Notes: generated by a model not told the origin, from the sequence alone. Shown: positions 1-9,587, counted from the stretch's first letter. The stretch: DNA of 31,869 bases from Myxococcales bacterium (GCA_045863395.1 BTVJ01000087.1:1-31869), one strand, 5' to 3'. A program made the numbers and translations.

Positions 1-1
1 G

Positions 2-2380
2 TCCGTCCCCCTGGCGTGCGACGACGGCGACCCGTGCACGTCGGACACCTGTGGATCGGAGGGCTGCTCCAGCGAGCCCCTGGCGTGCGACGACGCGGAT
101 CCATGCACCGCGGACCTGTGCCTGCCGGGTACGGGCGCCTGCCAGCACGCACCTCCCGACTGCGACGACGGGGATCCCTGCACGGAGGACTCCTGCCAGC
201 CGGCGACCGGATCATGCGCGTCTGCACCAATCGACTGTGACGACGACGACCCCTGCACGGACTCCTCATGTGTGGGCCTCGGCTGCACGCACCAGGGCTC
301 CCCGGACTGCGCCCCCTGTGACGACGGCGGCGACTGCGACGACGGGAGCGTGTGCACCACGGACTGGTGCAACTTCGTGGTGGGGGCCTGCGCCCACGCG
401 GAGCTCCCGTGCGACGACGGCGATCCATGCACCACGGACGGCTGCGACAGTGAGGCGGGCTGTACGACCACGGTCGGCTGCGACGACGGCGACCCTTGCA
501 CGGTGGACCTGTGCGACGGCGGCGCCTGCGCGGCGGCGCCCGTGGACTGTGACGACGGAGATCCGCTGACGACGGACGCCTGCGACCCGACCGGCGGCTG
601 CACCCACGTCCCTGTCTCGCCGTGCACGACCTGCGCGACCTCCGCGGACTGCGACGACGGCGACCCCTGCACCATCACCTCGTGCGTGGCGTGCGAGTGC
701 GTGGCTGCGCTCGTGGACTGTGGGGACGGAGACGCCTGCACGGCGGACGTGTGCCTGACGGGCGTGGGCTGCACGCACCCGACCACGGGCTGCGACGACG
801 AGGACCTCTGCACGACGGACCTGTGCGACCCGGCGACGGGCGACTGCACGTTCGCCGCCGGCTGCGGCGACGGCGACCCATGCACCGTCGACTCCTGTGG
901 CCCCGCCGGGTGCGCCCATGACGCGATCCTGGGGTGCGTACCCTGCGGCGGCGGCTGCGACGACGGGAGCGCGTGTACGGCCGACTGGTGCGACGGGGGG
1001 GCCTGCGCCCATGCGGCACTGCCGTGCGACGACGGCGACCCATGCACGTCGGACGGCTGCGACACCACGGAGGGGTGCACCCACGCGGTCGTGCCTTGCG
1101 ACGATGGCGACCTCTGCACCCAGGATGGTTGTGTCGGAGGGGACTGCGCCCATGAGCCAGTCGCCTGCGACGACGGCATGCTGTGTACGACGGACGCCTG
1201 CGACCCGGGCAGCGGGGACTGCGTGCACTCGAAGGCCGCTCCATGCACGGGGTGCGACGCCGCGCCAGACTGCGACGACGGCGACCCGTGCACCGCCGAG
1301 TCATGCAACGGCGGCACGTGCACCTCGATTACTCTGGCCTGCGACGACGGCGACCCCTGCACCGACGACGTCTGCGCCGGGGGGACCTGCGGATACACGG
1401 CGCTCGGGTGCGACGACGGCGACCCCTGCACGACGGACGGCTGCGCCGGCCCAGCGGGGTGCCTCTCATTGCTCGCGTGCGCCGACGGCGACCCATGCAC
1501 GGTGGACACCTGTGATCCGGTCGCGGGCTGCACTGCCACGCCCGCCCCCGGGTGCGCCGGCTGTGTGGCCGACGCGGACTGCGACGACGGACACCCCTGC
1601 ACCCTGGACGGCTGCAACGCGTTCACGAAGGTCTGCCAGCACATGCCCGTACCCTGCGGAGACGGGGACCCCTGCACCGTGGACACGTGCAACGGCTTGA
1701 CCGGGGCATGCGAGGGCCCGCCGGCTCCGGGGTGCGCGGGCTGCGAGAGCGCTCAGCAGTGTGACGACGGCGCGCTCTGCACCCTCGACGCGTGCGACGG
1801 AGGCGCCTGCACCCACACCCCCCTTCTGGGCTGCCTCACGTGCGAGGAGGACGCGGAGTGCGACGACGGCGACCCCTGCAGCGACGACTGGTGCGACGCC
1901 TTCACGGGGGTGTGCCTGCACGCGGCCCACCTCTGCGAGGCAACGGGCCCGTGCACCATCGGGGAGTGCGTGCCCTTCGCGGGCTGCCAGCAGTCGCCGA
2001 TCTCGGGGTGCGTCGCGACCTGTGGTGTGGACGGCGACTGCGAGGACGGCAACCCCTGCACGCAGGACCTGTGCGCCGCAGGTGAGTGCTCCTACCCACC
2101 AGTCGCCTGCACCGACCCGGATCCCTGCGTCGTGACCTGGTGCGACCCCAACGTCGCCGCCTGCGGCGGGGCCGCGCGGGACGACTGCCCGCCGCTGCCG
2201 TGCCAGGCGGACGAAGACTGCGGGAGCCCGACGCACTGCGTCGCGTTCTCCTGCAACGTCATGTGGGGGACGTGCAGCGCAGCCGCCCTGCCCTGCATCG
2301 ACGAGGACCCGTGCACCGCGGACGCCTGCGACCCGGCGGTCGGGTGTGTGTTCACGCCGGTCCCGGGCTGCGTACCGTGA
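2..2380 (+). CDS. Large Cys-rich repeat exoprotein, 5' end outside the window; about 29 CDDGDPCTxDxC units resembling the Dictyostelium slime-mold repeat
   Basis: The frame of ORF 272..2380 is open back to position 2 (SVPLACDDGDPCTSDTC...). GC-rich third codon positions, regular 22-25 aa four-Cys units, ends ...PVPGCVP TGA. Confidence 0.9.
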   Translation, partial: SVPLACDDGDPCTSDTCGSEGCSSEPLACDDADPCTADLCLPGTGACQHAPPDCDDGDPCTEDSCQPATGSCASAPIDCDDDDPCTDSSCVGLGCTHQGSPDCAPCDDGGDCDDGSVCTTDWCNFVVGACAHAELPCDDGDPCTTDGCDSEAGCTTTVGCDDGDPCTVDLCDGGACAAAPVDCDDGDPLTTDACDPTGGCTHVPVSPCTTCATSADCDDGDPCTITSCVACECVAALVDCGDGDACTADVCLTGVGCTHPTTGCDDEDLCTTDLCDPATGDCTFAAGCGDGDPCTVDSCGPAGCAHDAILGCVPCGGGCDDGSACTADWCDGGACAHAALPCDDGDPCTSDGCDTTEGCTHAVVPCDDGDLCTQDGCVGGDCAHEPVACDDGMLCTTDACDPGSGDCVHSKAAPCTGCDAAPDCDDGDPCTAESCNGGTCTSITLACDDGDPCTDDVCAGGTCGYTALGCDDGDPCTTDGCAGPAGCLSLLACADGDPCTVDTCDPVAGCTATPAPGCAGCVADADCDDGHPCTLDGCNAFTKVCQHMPVPCGDGDPCTVDTCNGLTGACEGPPAPGCAGCESAQQCDDGALCTLDACDGGACTHTPLLGCLTCEEDAECDDGDPCSDDWCDAFTGVCLHAAHLCEATGPCTIGECVPFAGCQQSPISGCVATCGVDGDCEDGNPCTQDLCAAGECSYPPVACTDPDPCVVTWCDPNVAACGGAARDDCPPLPCQADEDCGSPTHCVAFSCNVMWGTCSAAALPCIDEDPCTADACDPAVGCVFTPVPGCVP

Positions 2381-2390
2381 CCGAGGGGCT

Positions 2391-3068
2391 CTACTTCTTG
2401 AAGCAGGGAGCGAGCGCGGCCTCGCGGTAGGCGCTGATCACGGTGAGGTCGGAGGCGGTGCGGCTCTTCTTCTTGTCACCGGATGGCATGGAGTAACGCA
2501 CGAGCAGCAGGTCCGCCCCCGGCACCCACCAGGAGTCCACGGAGTACTTCTTGCCATCGCCGCTCTTGGGGGCGTCGGTCCAGATGGGCTTGCCACCGGA
2601 GAGCACCGACGCCTTGATGGGGAACACGCTCTTGGCGGTGGTCTCCACCTTGACGGTGCAGGCCCCCGTCGGGCTCGCCGTGCCGCGGGACGCGGGCACG
2701 TACTTGCGCGCCTTCTCGTACTCCTCCAGGTCCTCCTCGCCGAAGAGGGCCTCGGGCGGGACGTCACCCTTGAGCATGCGCACGGCGAACTGGCTGCGCT
2801 GGATCTCGTTGCCGGAGACGAACCACCGGAGCGCCTTGCCGTTGCGGTCGAGGACCTCGTACCACGAGTACACGTCGCGGGCCTCGCCGATGGCGTCGTC
2901 GATGACGCACCACTCCTGCTCCCGCTCGACGATGACCTCTCCCCGGTCCGGCGCCCAGGAGCGCACGTCGTAGACCTCCTCGGCCAGCTCGTCGCACACC
3001 CCCTGTGCCCGCGCGTCCTGCGCCAGAGCCACCAGGCCCAGCGCCACCAGCCCCACGATCACCTTCAT
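2391..3068 (-). CDS. Secreted hypothetical protein (225 aa)
   Basis: ATG at 3068 with GGAGG upstream; signal peptide MKVIVGLVALGLVALAQDARA. The longer ORF extension overlaps the next gene and looks spurious. Confidence 0.8.
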   Translation of the reverse strand: MKVIVGLVALGLVALAQDARAQGVCDELAEEVYDVRSWAPDRGEVIVEREQEWCVIDDAIGEARDVYSWYEVLDRNGKALRWFVSGNEIQRSQFAVRMLKGDVPPEALFGEEDLEEYEKARKYVPASRGTASPTGACTVKVETTAKSVFPIKASVLSGGKPIWTDAPKSGDGKKYSVDSWWVPGADLLLVRYSMPSGDKKKSRTASDLTVISAYREAALAPCFKK

Positions 3069-3145
3069 CGCCGTCCTCCATGCTGTTGGGCAACCCGCCT
3101 CGCGGGCTATCCTACCCGCTTCGCGAGCCTGCGCAACCGCCCGGG

Positions 3146-4675
3146 TCAGTCGCAGGTGACCTTCAGCTCCAGCACGCCGCTCTTGATGATGCTGCACGAG
3201 GAGGGGCACAGGAAGAGCTGGTCCTGACCGACCAGATACCACGCCGGGGTCGTACCGCACTCGGCGGGACCACCCACCTGCTGGTAGAAGCCGCCCCCGT
3301 CGTGCTTGAGCGAGACGCTCTTGGCCTTGTTGAGGGCCGCGGGGTTGGGGACCGCGTAGCCGCAGGTGGTCTGGAGTGAGTCGATGACCGACTTCGCCAT
3401 GTCGGCGAAGATGGCCGACCAGTCCTTGTTGCAGATGGGGAACGTGGCGCCGCCGGTCTGCGCCGAGAGCTGGAGGTAGACCGACCCGCGCTGCGCCGCG
3501 CCGATGCACCCGACGATCGGGAAGGTCCCCATGCCGATGATGCTGTGGAAGCGGAAGGGGCTGGAGTAGGCCGGCTTCTTCGCGACCTCGGTGTTGAACC
3601 ACGCCGCGCTCTTCTTGCTGTTGTCGTCGGTGACGGCGATGAAGTTGGTCGTCGCCCCCTCTTGCAGGAAGTCCTCATAGAGGGGGTAGGTCTCGATGAC
3701 CTTCTCCAGGCCGTTGGTGCTGTCGACCGACTCGTGGACGTGGCGGAAGTTGGGACCATCGGTGCAGTCGGGCCCGCCGAGGGGTGGCGGCACGCAGATG
3801 TCGAAGCCCTTGGCGATCAACACGACGTGGGCGTCCACGGCCTGGTTGGCGATGTAGTTGGCGAAGCCGTTGATGTTCTCCTGGAGGTACTTGGCCTCCT
3901 CGTCCATGCTGCCCGACGTGTCGATGAACCACACCACGTCGGCGATGCCCGTGATCTGCTTGGCCTCGACGTTGATGTTCTGCTTGCCAGGGACGCACGT
4001 GCCGGTGTTCTGGAAGCACTCCTTGTGGCCGACGCCCGTCACGTCGGTCACCTTGCCGGCCTTGACCACCACCGTGTGGGTCTTCTCGAAGTCGTCGCGC
4101 TTGATCTGGACGGTCTGCATGCCGTTCGGCACCCCTTCGAGGGTGTAGTAGCCGTCACCGTCGCTCGTGGTCTCCACCACGATGGGGTTGCCGTCGCAGT
4201 CGGTGGTCTCCACCCAGACCGTGGCGCCGTCCACGAAGGTCTGGTCACTGATGGAGCAGATCAGGCCGTAGATGGTGCCGTAACCGCACTGGGCGTCGGG
4301 ATCGTCCCAGGGGGTGACCTTGTCGCCGTCCGGGCCCGCCTTGGCGTCCGCGGCAGCGTCCGGGGCAGACGGGCCGGAGTCGGTGGCGCCACCGGTGGTG
4401 GAGTCCGCTGTCGGAGAGCCGCTGGTCCCCCCGTCCAGGTCACCACCAGCGCCGCCAGCACCGCCCACGTCCACACCGGGTCCAACGTCGGCGCCTCCAC
4501 CGAACCCACCGGCATCTTCGCCCATGCCTCCGAAGGACGGGGAGCCGCTCGGCTCGGCGGTGGTGACGTCGACGCTGGAGACGTCGGACCCAGCCGCAGG
4601 ATCGTCCTGTGCGCTGCAACCGAGCCACGACAGCCCGACGAGGACGACGACCGATCGGGCGCTGAAGCGTGACAT
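3146..4675 (-). CDS. vWA-domain lipoprotein with a carboxypeptidase-regulatory-like beta domain
   Basis: AGGAG 6 nt before ATG 4675; lipobox LSWLGC; Gly/Asp/Ser-rich linker; MIDAS motif DTSGSM; VTDD motif; Cys-containing C-terminus. Confidence 0.85.
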   Translation of the reverse strand: MSRFSARSVVVLVGLSWLGCSAQDDPAAGSDVSSVDVTTAEPSGSPSFGGMGEDAGGFGGGADVGPGVDVGGAGGAGGDLDGGTSGSPTADSTTGGATDSGPSAPDAAADAKAGPDGDKVTPWDDPDAQCGYGTIYGLICSISDQTFVDGATVWVETTDCDGNPIVVETTSDGDGYYTLEGVPNGMQTVQIKRDDFEKTHTVVVKAGKVTDVTGVGHKECFQNTGTCVPGKQNINVEAKQITGIADVVWFIDTSGSMDEEAKYLQENINGFANYIANQAVDAHVVLIAKGFDICVPPPLGGPDCTDGPNFRHVHESVDSTNGLEKVIETYPLYEDFLQEGATTNFIAVTDDNSKKSAAWFNTEVAKKPAYSSPFRFHSIIGMGTFPIVGCIGAAQRGSVYLQLSAQTGGATFPICNKDWSAIFADMAKSVIDSLQTTCGYAVPNPAALNKAKSVSLKHDGGGFYQQVGGPAECGTTPAWYLVGQDQLFLCPSSCSIIKSGVLELKVTCD

Positions 4676-4742
4676 CGCCATCTCCTGGGTGGGGAACCCG
4701 GAGAGAATAGCAAAACTGGAGAGGGCGGTCGACGGAGAAGCG

Positions 4743-6530
4743 TCAGAACTGGGAGCCGACGCAGATACCGCCAAAGGGGATCGTGTCAGGCACGGTTGCC
4801 GTGATCGACAGGGCACCGAGCGAGACCTCGTACGTGCCGGCGGGCAGGGACGCCGCCGTCGCGCAGTCCGCGAAGCCTGCTCCACTGCAATCCGGCGTGC
4901 AGACGGTGTCCCCGGTGGGCTCGTTGCAGAAGGCGGCCTCCACCGAGATTGGCCCACTGCCGGCCGCTGCACAGGACGCATCGAGGATCTTCGTGCAGCT
5001 CGAAGAGAAGCAGCCGGCCGGGAACACCTGGATCTTCAGCGGCTTGCCCTCCTCGAGGAGCTCGCCCTCGATGGACGGCGTGCCGCGCACGCACAGCTTG
5101 CCGGGAGGCGTCGAGCTGCCCTCCTCGCAGGTACCGGCAGCGCAGGGGTCCGTGGTACAGGGGTACCACCCGTGGGGGATGCACGTCGATGGGAAGACGA
5201 GCGTGTCTCCGCCCGGCGTCGTGGCGCAGGTCTCGGCCTCGCCACAGGCGCCGGCGTCGTAGCTGCACCCCGCGTAGATGCTCATCCAAGTGGAGAAGTC
5301 GCCCGCGCACCAGTCGGCGACCGGCGCGCCCTTGAGAGGTGAGCACAGCGGAGACTCGGCGCAGGCCACCTCGGACAGCCCGATGCACGGGTTCTCGCAC
5401 GGCGCCGTCGCGCACGGCACCCATCCGGTCGGAAGGCACGAGCTCGGGAACACGAGCTGCTCGCCCGAGTCGGGGGCTTCCCCGCAGGTCAGCGCGGCAT
5501 CGCAGGCACCCGCCTCGGGGCCGCACCCGGCGGACTTCATCGCGCGCCCGTTGTTGCAGTACGCATCAACCGTATAGCCGAGGTAGAGCTGGCACCCGGC
5601 GGTCGTGGCGCAGGCGTTGTCGTCCAGGCCCGCGCAGGCGCACGCGGAGAGGTCGCAGGGCGCCCAGCCGGCGGGGAGCGCAGTGGACGGGAACCAAGCG
5701 TTGGAGGCTCCGTCGGTGCCGCAGGTGATGGCGCCGCCCGCGCTGCCCGGGTCGTCGCCGCAGGCGATGAACGTGGGCGGCGTGGTGGAGAAGGGCGCGC
5801 AGACGTCCTCGGCGGGCCTCCCCGTGAAGGCGAAACATGGAGCGAGGCACGCGGCCTCCTCGCGACCGTCGCAGGGCGCGCAGGGCTCCACGGTGGCGTT
5901 CTCCCAGCCGGGGAGGCATGCGTCGGTCGAGACGGGGAACGCGAGGGTGAGGCCGTCCTTCGTGGCGACGACCCCCTCCGAGGGAGGGAGCGACGTGGCG
6001 CAGCCCGCGGGGAGGGTGGAGGGATCGACGCAGCCGGCGAAGTGGGTGGGACCCTCGGTCGCCGTGCACCGCTCCTCGACGGACCACCCGAGCAGGGGCT
6101 GGCAGGCCGCGTCGGCGGCGCAGGCTGCCTCGTCGTGCGCCGCGCAGCCCGTTGGACCGACGTCGGGCTTGGACTTGCAGATGCCGTTGGCGCACGTGGG
6201 GAGCTCGTCGGGGCACCCCATGGCGGTGCACTGGACGCCTTCACACGACCCGGGCGCGGGCGCCAGGGCCGCCTTGGCCTCGGTGAGGAACGCCTTGTTG
6301 ACCGACTGGACCTTGCCCCCGTTGCAGTGATCGCAGCACCGGGTCTCGAACACGACGCAGTCCGCGTCCGCCTGGCAGTAGAGCCACTCGATCTCGGGCT
6401 CCACCACGACGTCTGCTCCGGGGCCCGTGTCCTTGACGGTGGACGAGTCCGACACGGCGCCGGCATCCTTGCCGGACTCCACCTTCACCTGACAGGACGC
6501 GAGCAGCAGGCACAGGAACAATCGGCGCAT
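4743..6530 (-). CDS. Cys-rich lipoprotein with four ~80 aa repeats ending FPxxCxPxGWxxC
   Basis: Lipobox LLLASC; AAGGAGG upstream; four alignable repeats; 595 aa ORF. Confidence 0.85.
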   Translation of the reverse strand: MRRLFLCLLLASCQVKVESGKDAGAVSDSSTVKDTGPGADVVVEPEIEWLYCQADADCVVFETRCCDHCNGGKVQSVNKAFLTEAKAALAPAPGSCEGVQCTAMGCPDELPTCANGICKSKPDVGPTGCAAHDEAACAADAACQPLLGWSVEERCTATEGPTHFAGCVDPSTLPAGCATSLPPSEGVVATKDGLTLAFPVSTDACLPGWENATVEPCAPCDGREEAACLAPCFAFTGRPAEDVCAPFSTTPPTFIACGDDPGSAGGAITCGTDGASNAWFPSTALPAGWAPCDLSACACAGLDDNACATTAGCQLYLGYTVDAYCNNGRAMKSAGCGPEAGACDAALTCGEAPDSGEQLVFPSSCLPTGWVPCATAPCENPCIGLSEVACAESPLCSPLKGAPVADWCAGDFSTWMSIYAGCSYDAGACGEAETCATTPGGDTLVFPSTCIPHGWYPCTTDPCAAGTCEEGSSTPPGKLCVRGTPSIEGELLEEGKPLKIQVFPAGCFSSSCTKILDASCAAAGSGPISVEAAFCNEPTGDTVCTPDCSGAGFADCATAASLPAGTYEVSLGALSITATVPDTIPFGGICVGSQF

Positions 6531-6635
6531 GACGGGCCTCCTTCGGTGACGGTCTCCCTGCCACGGTACACAGGGTCGGGACTCCTGGCCAGCGAGCGCA
6601 CGTGCAGCCAGAGGGGGGACGCTGGAGGAGGCACA

Positions 6636-7388
6636 CTACCAGGCGGTGTAGCCCGCACGGAACATGCCGTAGAGCCCCGCATAGACCGCACAGTGGAAGG
6701 CGAGCCAGGCCAGGGGGCCCCGCCAGGAGTACGCCGCCGGGCCGTCCGTGCCGTCGCGAAAGGGCCGCACGACGAACCACCAGACTACCCCCGCGAGGCA
6801 GAGCGCGGCGACCCCGTCGGCGATGAAGTGCTGCTTCATGGTCAGGATGGAGACCGCGATGCACGCTGCGACGGCCCCAGCCAGGAGCCCGAACGCGGGG
6901 CGCGCCCGCCAGACCGCCAGGGCAGACGTGACCGCGATGGACAGGTGCAGCGACGGGAAGAGGTTGTAAGGCGGATCGACGGCGTAGGTCAGCCGCACGC
7001 CCCACTCGACGAAGGTGGTGGTGTCGAGCGCAGCGTGGTCCGGCCGCAGGGCGACGCCGGAGACGGGCCAGGCGACAAAGGTGGCGAGGGAGACCGCGAT
7101 GACGACGAGGTAGGCGACCACGGTGCGCCGGAAGAGCGCTGGGCTGCGGATGGCGAACAGCGGCAGCAGCATGGACGTGTACACCCAGCTATAGAGGAGC
7201 ACCGTCCAGGGCACGAAGGGGATGGCGTCGTCGAGGGCCGTACCGATGGACCGCGCCCGCTCGGGCGCCAGGACCCGCCCCACCAGGTTGTAGGCGACGA
7301 TCAGGCCGATGGAGATCGAGAGCGCGACGGTGGCGCGGGCCGTGGCAGTGCGCCACAGCGGCGGCTCCGTTGAGGGGGGCGCGTCCAT
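6636..7388 (-). CDS. PAP2-superfamily membrane protein (Aur1/inositolphosphotransferase-like)
   Basis: Multiple TM segments; motifs NLFPSLH and KQHFIAD. Start uncertain (7388, 7406 or 7430). Confidence 0.8.
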   Translation of the reverse strand: MDAPPSTEPPLWRTATARATVALSISIGLIVAYNLVGRVLAPERARSIGTALDDAIPFVPWTVLLYSWVYTSMLLPLFAIRSPALFRRTVVAYLVVIAVSLATFVAWPVSGVALRPDHAALDTTTFVEWGVRLTYAVDPPYNLFPSLHLSIAVTSALAVWRARPAFGLLAGAVAACIAVSILTMKQHFIADGVAALCLAGVVWWFVVRPFRDGTDGPAAYSWRGPLAWLAFHCAVYAGLYGMFRAGYTAW

Positions 7389-7587
7389 GTGACGGGTGAC
7401 GAGCATGAGCGCAGTGTGACGCGGCGCCACAGGGGCGTCAAAGGCCGTGGCCAGGTGGGGCTCCGCGGGGCGAGCGGCGCGGCGTTCTGGCGCCCGGACG
7501 ACCTCGGCGGAGCTGGCGGCTCATCGCATCGAGGGCCGCACTGTGCTATGCAGTGACCCCGTCTACCCATCTACAGGAGGCTCGTCG

Positions 7588-8040
7588 ATGCTCGCGCGGC
7601 TGCTGTTCCCCTCTCCCGACGCGCCGGAGCGCCGCTCTCTCTCGGCGGCGCTCCTCGTGCTCCGCCTCGGCAGCGGCGCGTTCATGGCCGCCGCCCATGG
7701 GTGGCCCAAGCTCCAGACCTACACCGAGAAGGTGAGCTCGTGGGCCGACCCCATCGGGATCGGGTCCGCCCCCAGCCTGACCCTCGCCGTGTTCGCGGAG
7801 CTGCTCTGCGCGGCGGCCATCGCGCTCGGGCTGCTCACGCGGGCGGCGCTCGTCCCCCTCATCGTCACGATGCTGGTCGCCGTCTTCGTGGTGCACGCGG
7901 AGGACCCTTTCCAGAAGAAGGAGCTGGGCCTGCTCTATCTGGTCTCGTATGTCGCCCTGCTGCTCGCGGGCCCGGGCCGCTACTCCCTCGACGCGTGGAT
8001 CGGGGCCAGGATTCGCGCACGCGGTCGCGGACGTTCGTAG
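7588..8040 (+). CDS. DoxX family membrane protein
   Basis: AGGAGG before ATG 7588; motifs LRLG..HGWPK, AEL..LGLLTR, GPGRYSLD. Confidence 0.9.
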   Translation: MLARLLFPSPDAPERRSLSAALLVLRLGSGAFMAAAHGWPKLQTYTEKVSSWADPIGIGSAPSLTLAVFAELLCAAAIALGLLTRAALVPLIVTMLVAVFVVHAEDPFQKKELGLLYLVSYVALLLAGPGRYSLDAWIGARIRARGRGRS

Positions 8041-8312
8041 CGACGCCGTTGGGAGGGGCGCCGACACGGGTGTTTGTCTTCACCAACGAAGGTGGCTGCC
8101 TCGGCCTCCTTGGAGCAGGAACGCTCAGTGACTCGACATGCAAACGGTTGCTCACCGGGTGCGTCGAGTGATCGGAGTCCCCCCGGCCGCCGCGACTCCG
8201 CGCCAGCTACCTCCGCAGGGTTGCTTGATCGGTCACCTCGGGTGAGCAGCTCGGTGTCCCGTCACTTTGCCCGAATTTCGGTCGTACGTTCACCACCGCA
8301 CCCTGCGCACTT

Positions 8313-8600
8313 TCATGTGGTCCTGGGCTTTCTCGTGGCCGCAACAAGAGTCCAGAGGAGCATGACGACGGCGGCGAGAAGTCCCACGGGAAGCGTTACG
8401 AGGAGCAGTATGACCGTGGCGAACCAGCCAACCGCCATGGGCGCACTGGATGACTCATCCTTCGACTCCCTCATCTGCGCACCGCAGGACCTGCACGGCA
8501 GGATCCCTCTCGGGTCACCGCCACAGTGCTTGCACCGGGAGGCCCCTGCCAGCACCAGCTCCATTCAGAGAACACATCGTACCTCGTGACCCTCGCCCAT
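8313..8600 (-). CDS. Small zinc-ribbon membrane protein with an in-frame TGA at codon 12 (pseudogene, sequencing error or recoded UGA)
   Basis: GGAGGA 6 nt before ATG 8600; reads MGEGHEVRCVL-TGA-MELVLAGASRCKHCGG...CRSCG then a long hydrophobic stretch; TGA at 8565-8567. Confidence 0.6.
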
Positions 8601-8817
8601 ACGTCGTCCTCCATGCTACGGTCAGAAACGCTCTCCAACGTGGCCCGGGGTGGCAGTGGGTGAACAGGCGTTCTCCCGACTGCGGCCCGTGGCAGAAATT
8701 GGCCCCAGGCCCTAGCCTGTTCTCAAGGGCAGGACGCTGGCATCGCCGCCCGCGTCCCAGGCATCGTACCACGCGCGCGGGCCCCACTCCCCTTGCGGGA
8801 GCAAGGAACTTCGCGCC

Positions 8818-8846
8818 TGGACAGTGTAGCCTCATGTAGCTACACT
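8818..8846 (+). promoter_or_regulatory. Sigma70-type promoter of the TA operon with an overlapping palindromic operator
   Basis: TGGACA (8818-8823), 17 nt spacer, TACACT (8841-8846). Inverted repeat AGTGTAGC (8823-8830)/GCTACACT (8839-8846) and perfect palindrome TGTAGCTACA (8835-8844). Confidence 0.7.
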
Positions 8847-8853
8847 ACCCTTC

Positions 8854-9147
8854 ATGAGGGCCGTTGGCACGCGGGAATTGAAGAATCGGCTGAGCGAGTA
8901 CCTCCGGATGGTTCGTGCTGGAGAGGAGGTTCTGGTCACCGACCGTGGGGTGGTGGTCGCCGAGTTGTGCCCACCGCGACGCCTCTCGGTACCCACCACG
9001 TCCACGCCGGCGTTCGACGACCTCGTGCGCCGGGGACTCGCCAGCTCCGGGTTGCCCAACAGTCCGGCTGCCTACCCGTCGCTGCCTCGCGCCGTGGCAC
9101 CTGGGGCGGTTCGGCGTCTGCTTGACGAGGAACGGGAAGATCGATGA
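8854..9147 (+). CDS. Type II antitoxin, Phd/YefM (prevent-host-death) family
   Basis: N-terminus VGTRELKNRLSEYLRMVRAGEEVLVTDRGVVVAEL; ATGA overlap with the PIN gene. Confidence 0.92.
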   Translation: MRAVGTRELKNRLSEYLRMVRAGEEVLVTDRGVVVAELCPPRRLSVPTTSTPAFDDLVRRGLASSGLPNSPAAYPSLPRAVAPGAVRRLLDEEREDR

Positions 9148-9575
9148 GGCTCTACGCCGAGTCGAGCGCCGTGCTGGCATGGTTGTTGGGCGAGCCTGGC
9201 GGCGAACAAGTTCGGGACCTGCTTGCGGCCGCCGAGTCTGTGCTGGCGTCCGACCTTACACTGATCGAGTGTGACAGGGTCCTTGTACGGGGTGCCGCCC
9301 TCGGGGAGCTTGCGGAGTCCGCCGCGATGGAGCGTCACGGCGCGCTCGGAGCGGCCGCTGCGCACTGGCACCTCCTCCGCGTCGGAGTCGACACCGTCGA
9401 GCGAGCCCGCCGTGCCTTCCCCAAGGAGCCCGTCCGCACTCTGGACGCTCTGCACCTCGCCTCCGCCCTGACGGCGCAGTCCATCTTCGGCGAGGTCCAC
9501 ATGCTCACACTGGATCAGCGAGTGCGTGAAAACGCAAGGCTGCTGGGAATGACGTGCCTGCCCCAGCAGAGTTGA
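9144..9575 (+). CDS. vapC: Type II toxin, VapC/PIN-domain ribonuclease
   Basis: YAESSA (D to E variant of YxDTS), E in LIECDR, RTLDALHLASA, TLD; coupled to the antitoxin. Confidence 0.88.
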   Translation: MRLYAESSAVLAWLLGEPGGEQVRDLLAAAESVLASDLTLIECDRVLVRGAALGELAESAAMERHGALGAAAAHWHLLRVGVDTVERARRAFPKEPVRTLDALHLASALTAQSIFGEVHMLTLDQRVRENARLLGMTCLPQQS

Positions 9576-9587
9576 AGGGTAGGCCCG

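Noticed and set aside
16..2430. Many overlapping Arg/Pro/Ala-rich ORFs in other frames, here and throughout the window
   Set aside because: Shadow ORFs of GC-rich coding DNA; no motifs, and they overlap better-supported genes.
8041..9587. Integron cassette array (small genes plus TA in a less GC-rich patch)
   Set aside because: No convincing attC sites (RYYYAAC...GTTRRRY) and no integrase found by eye.
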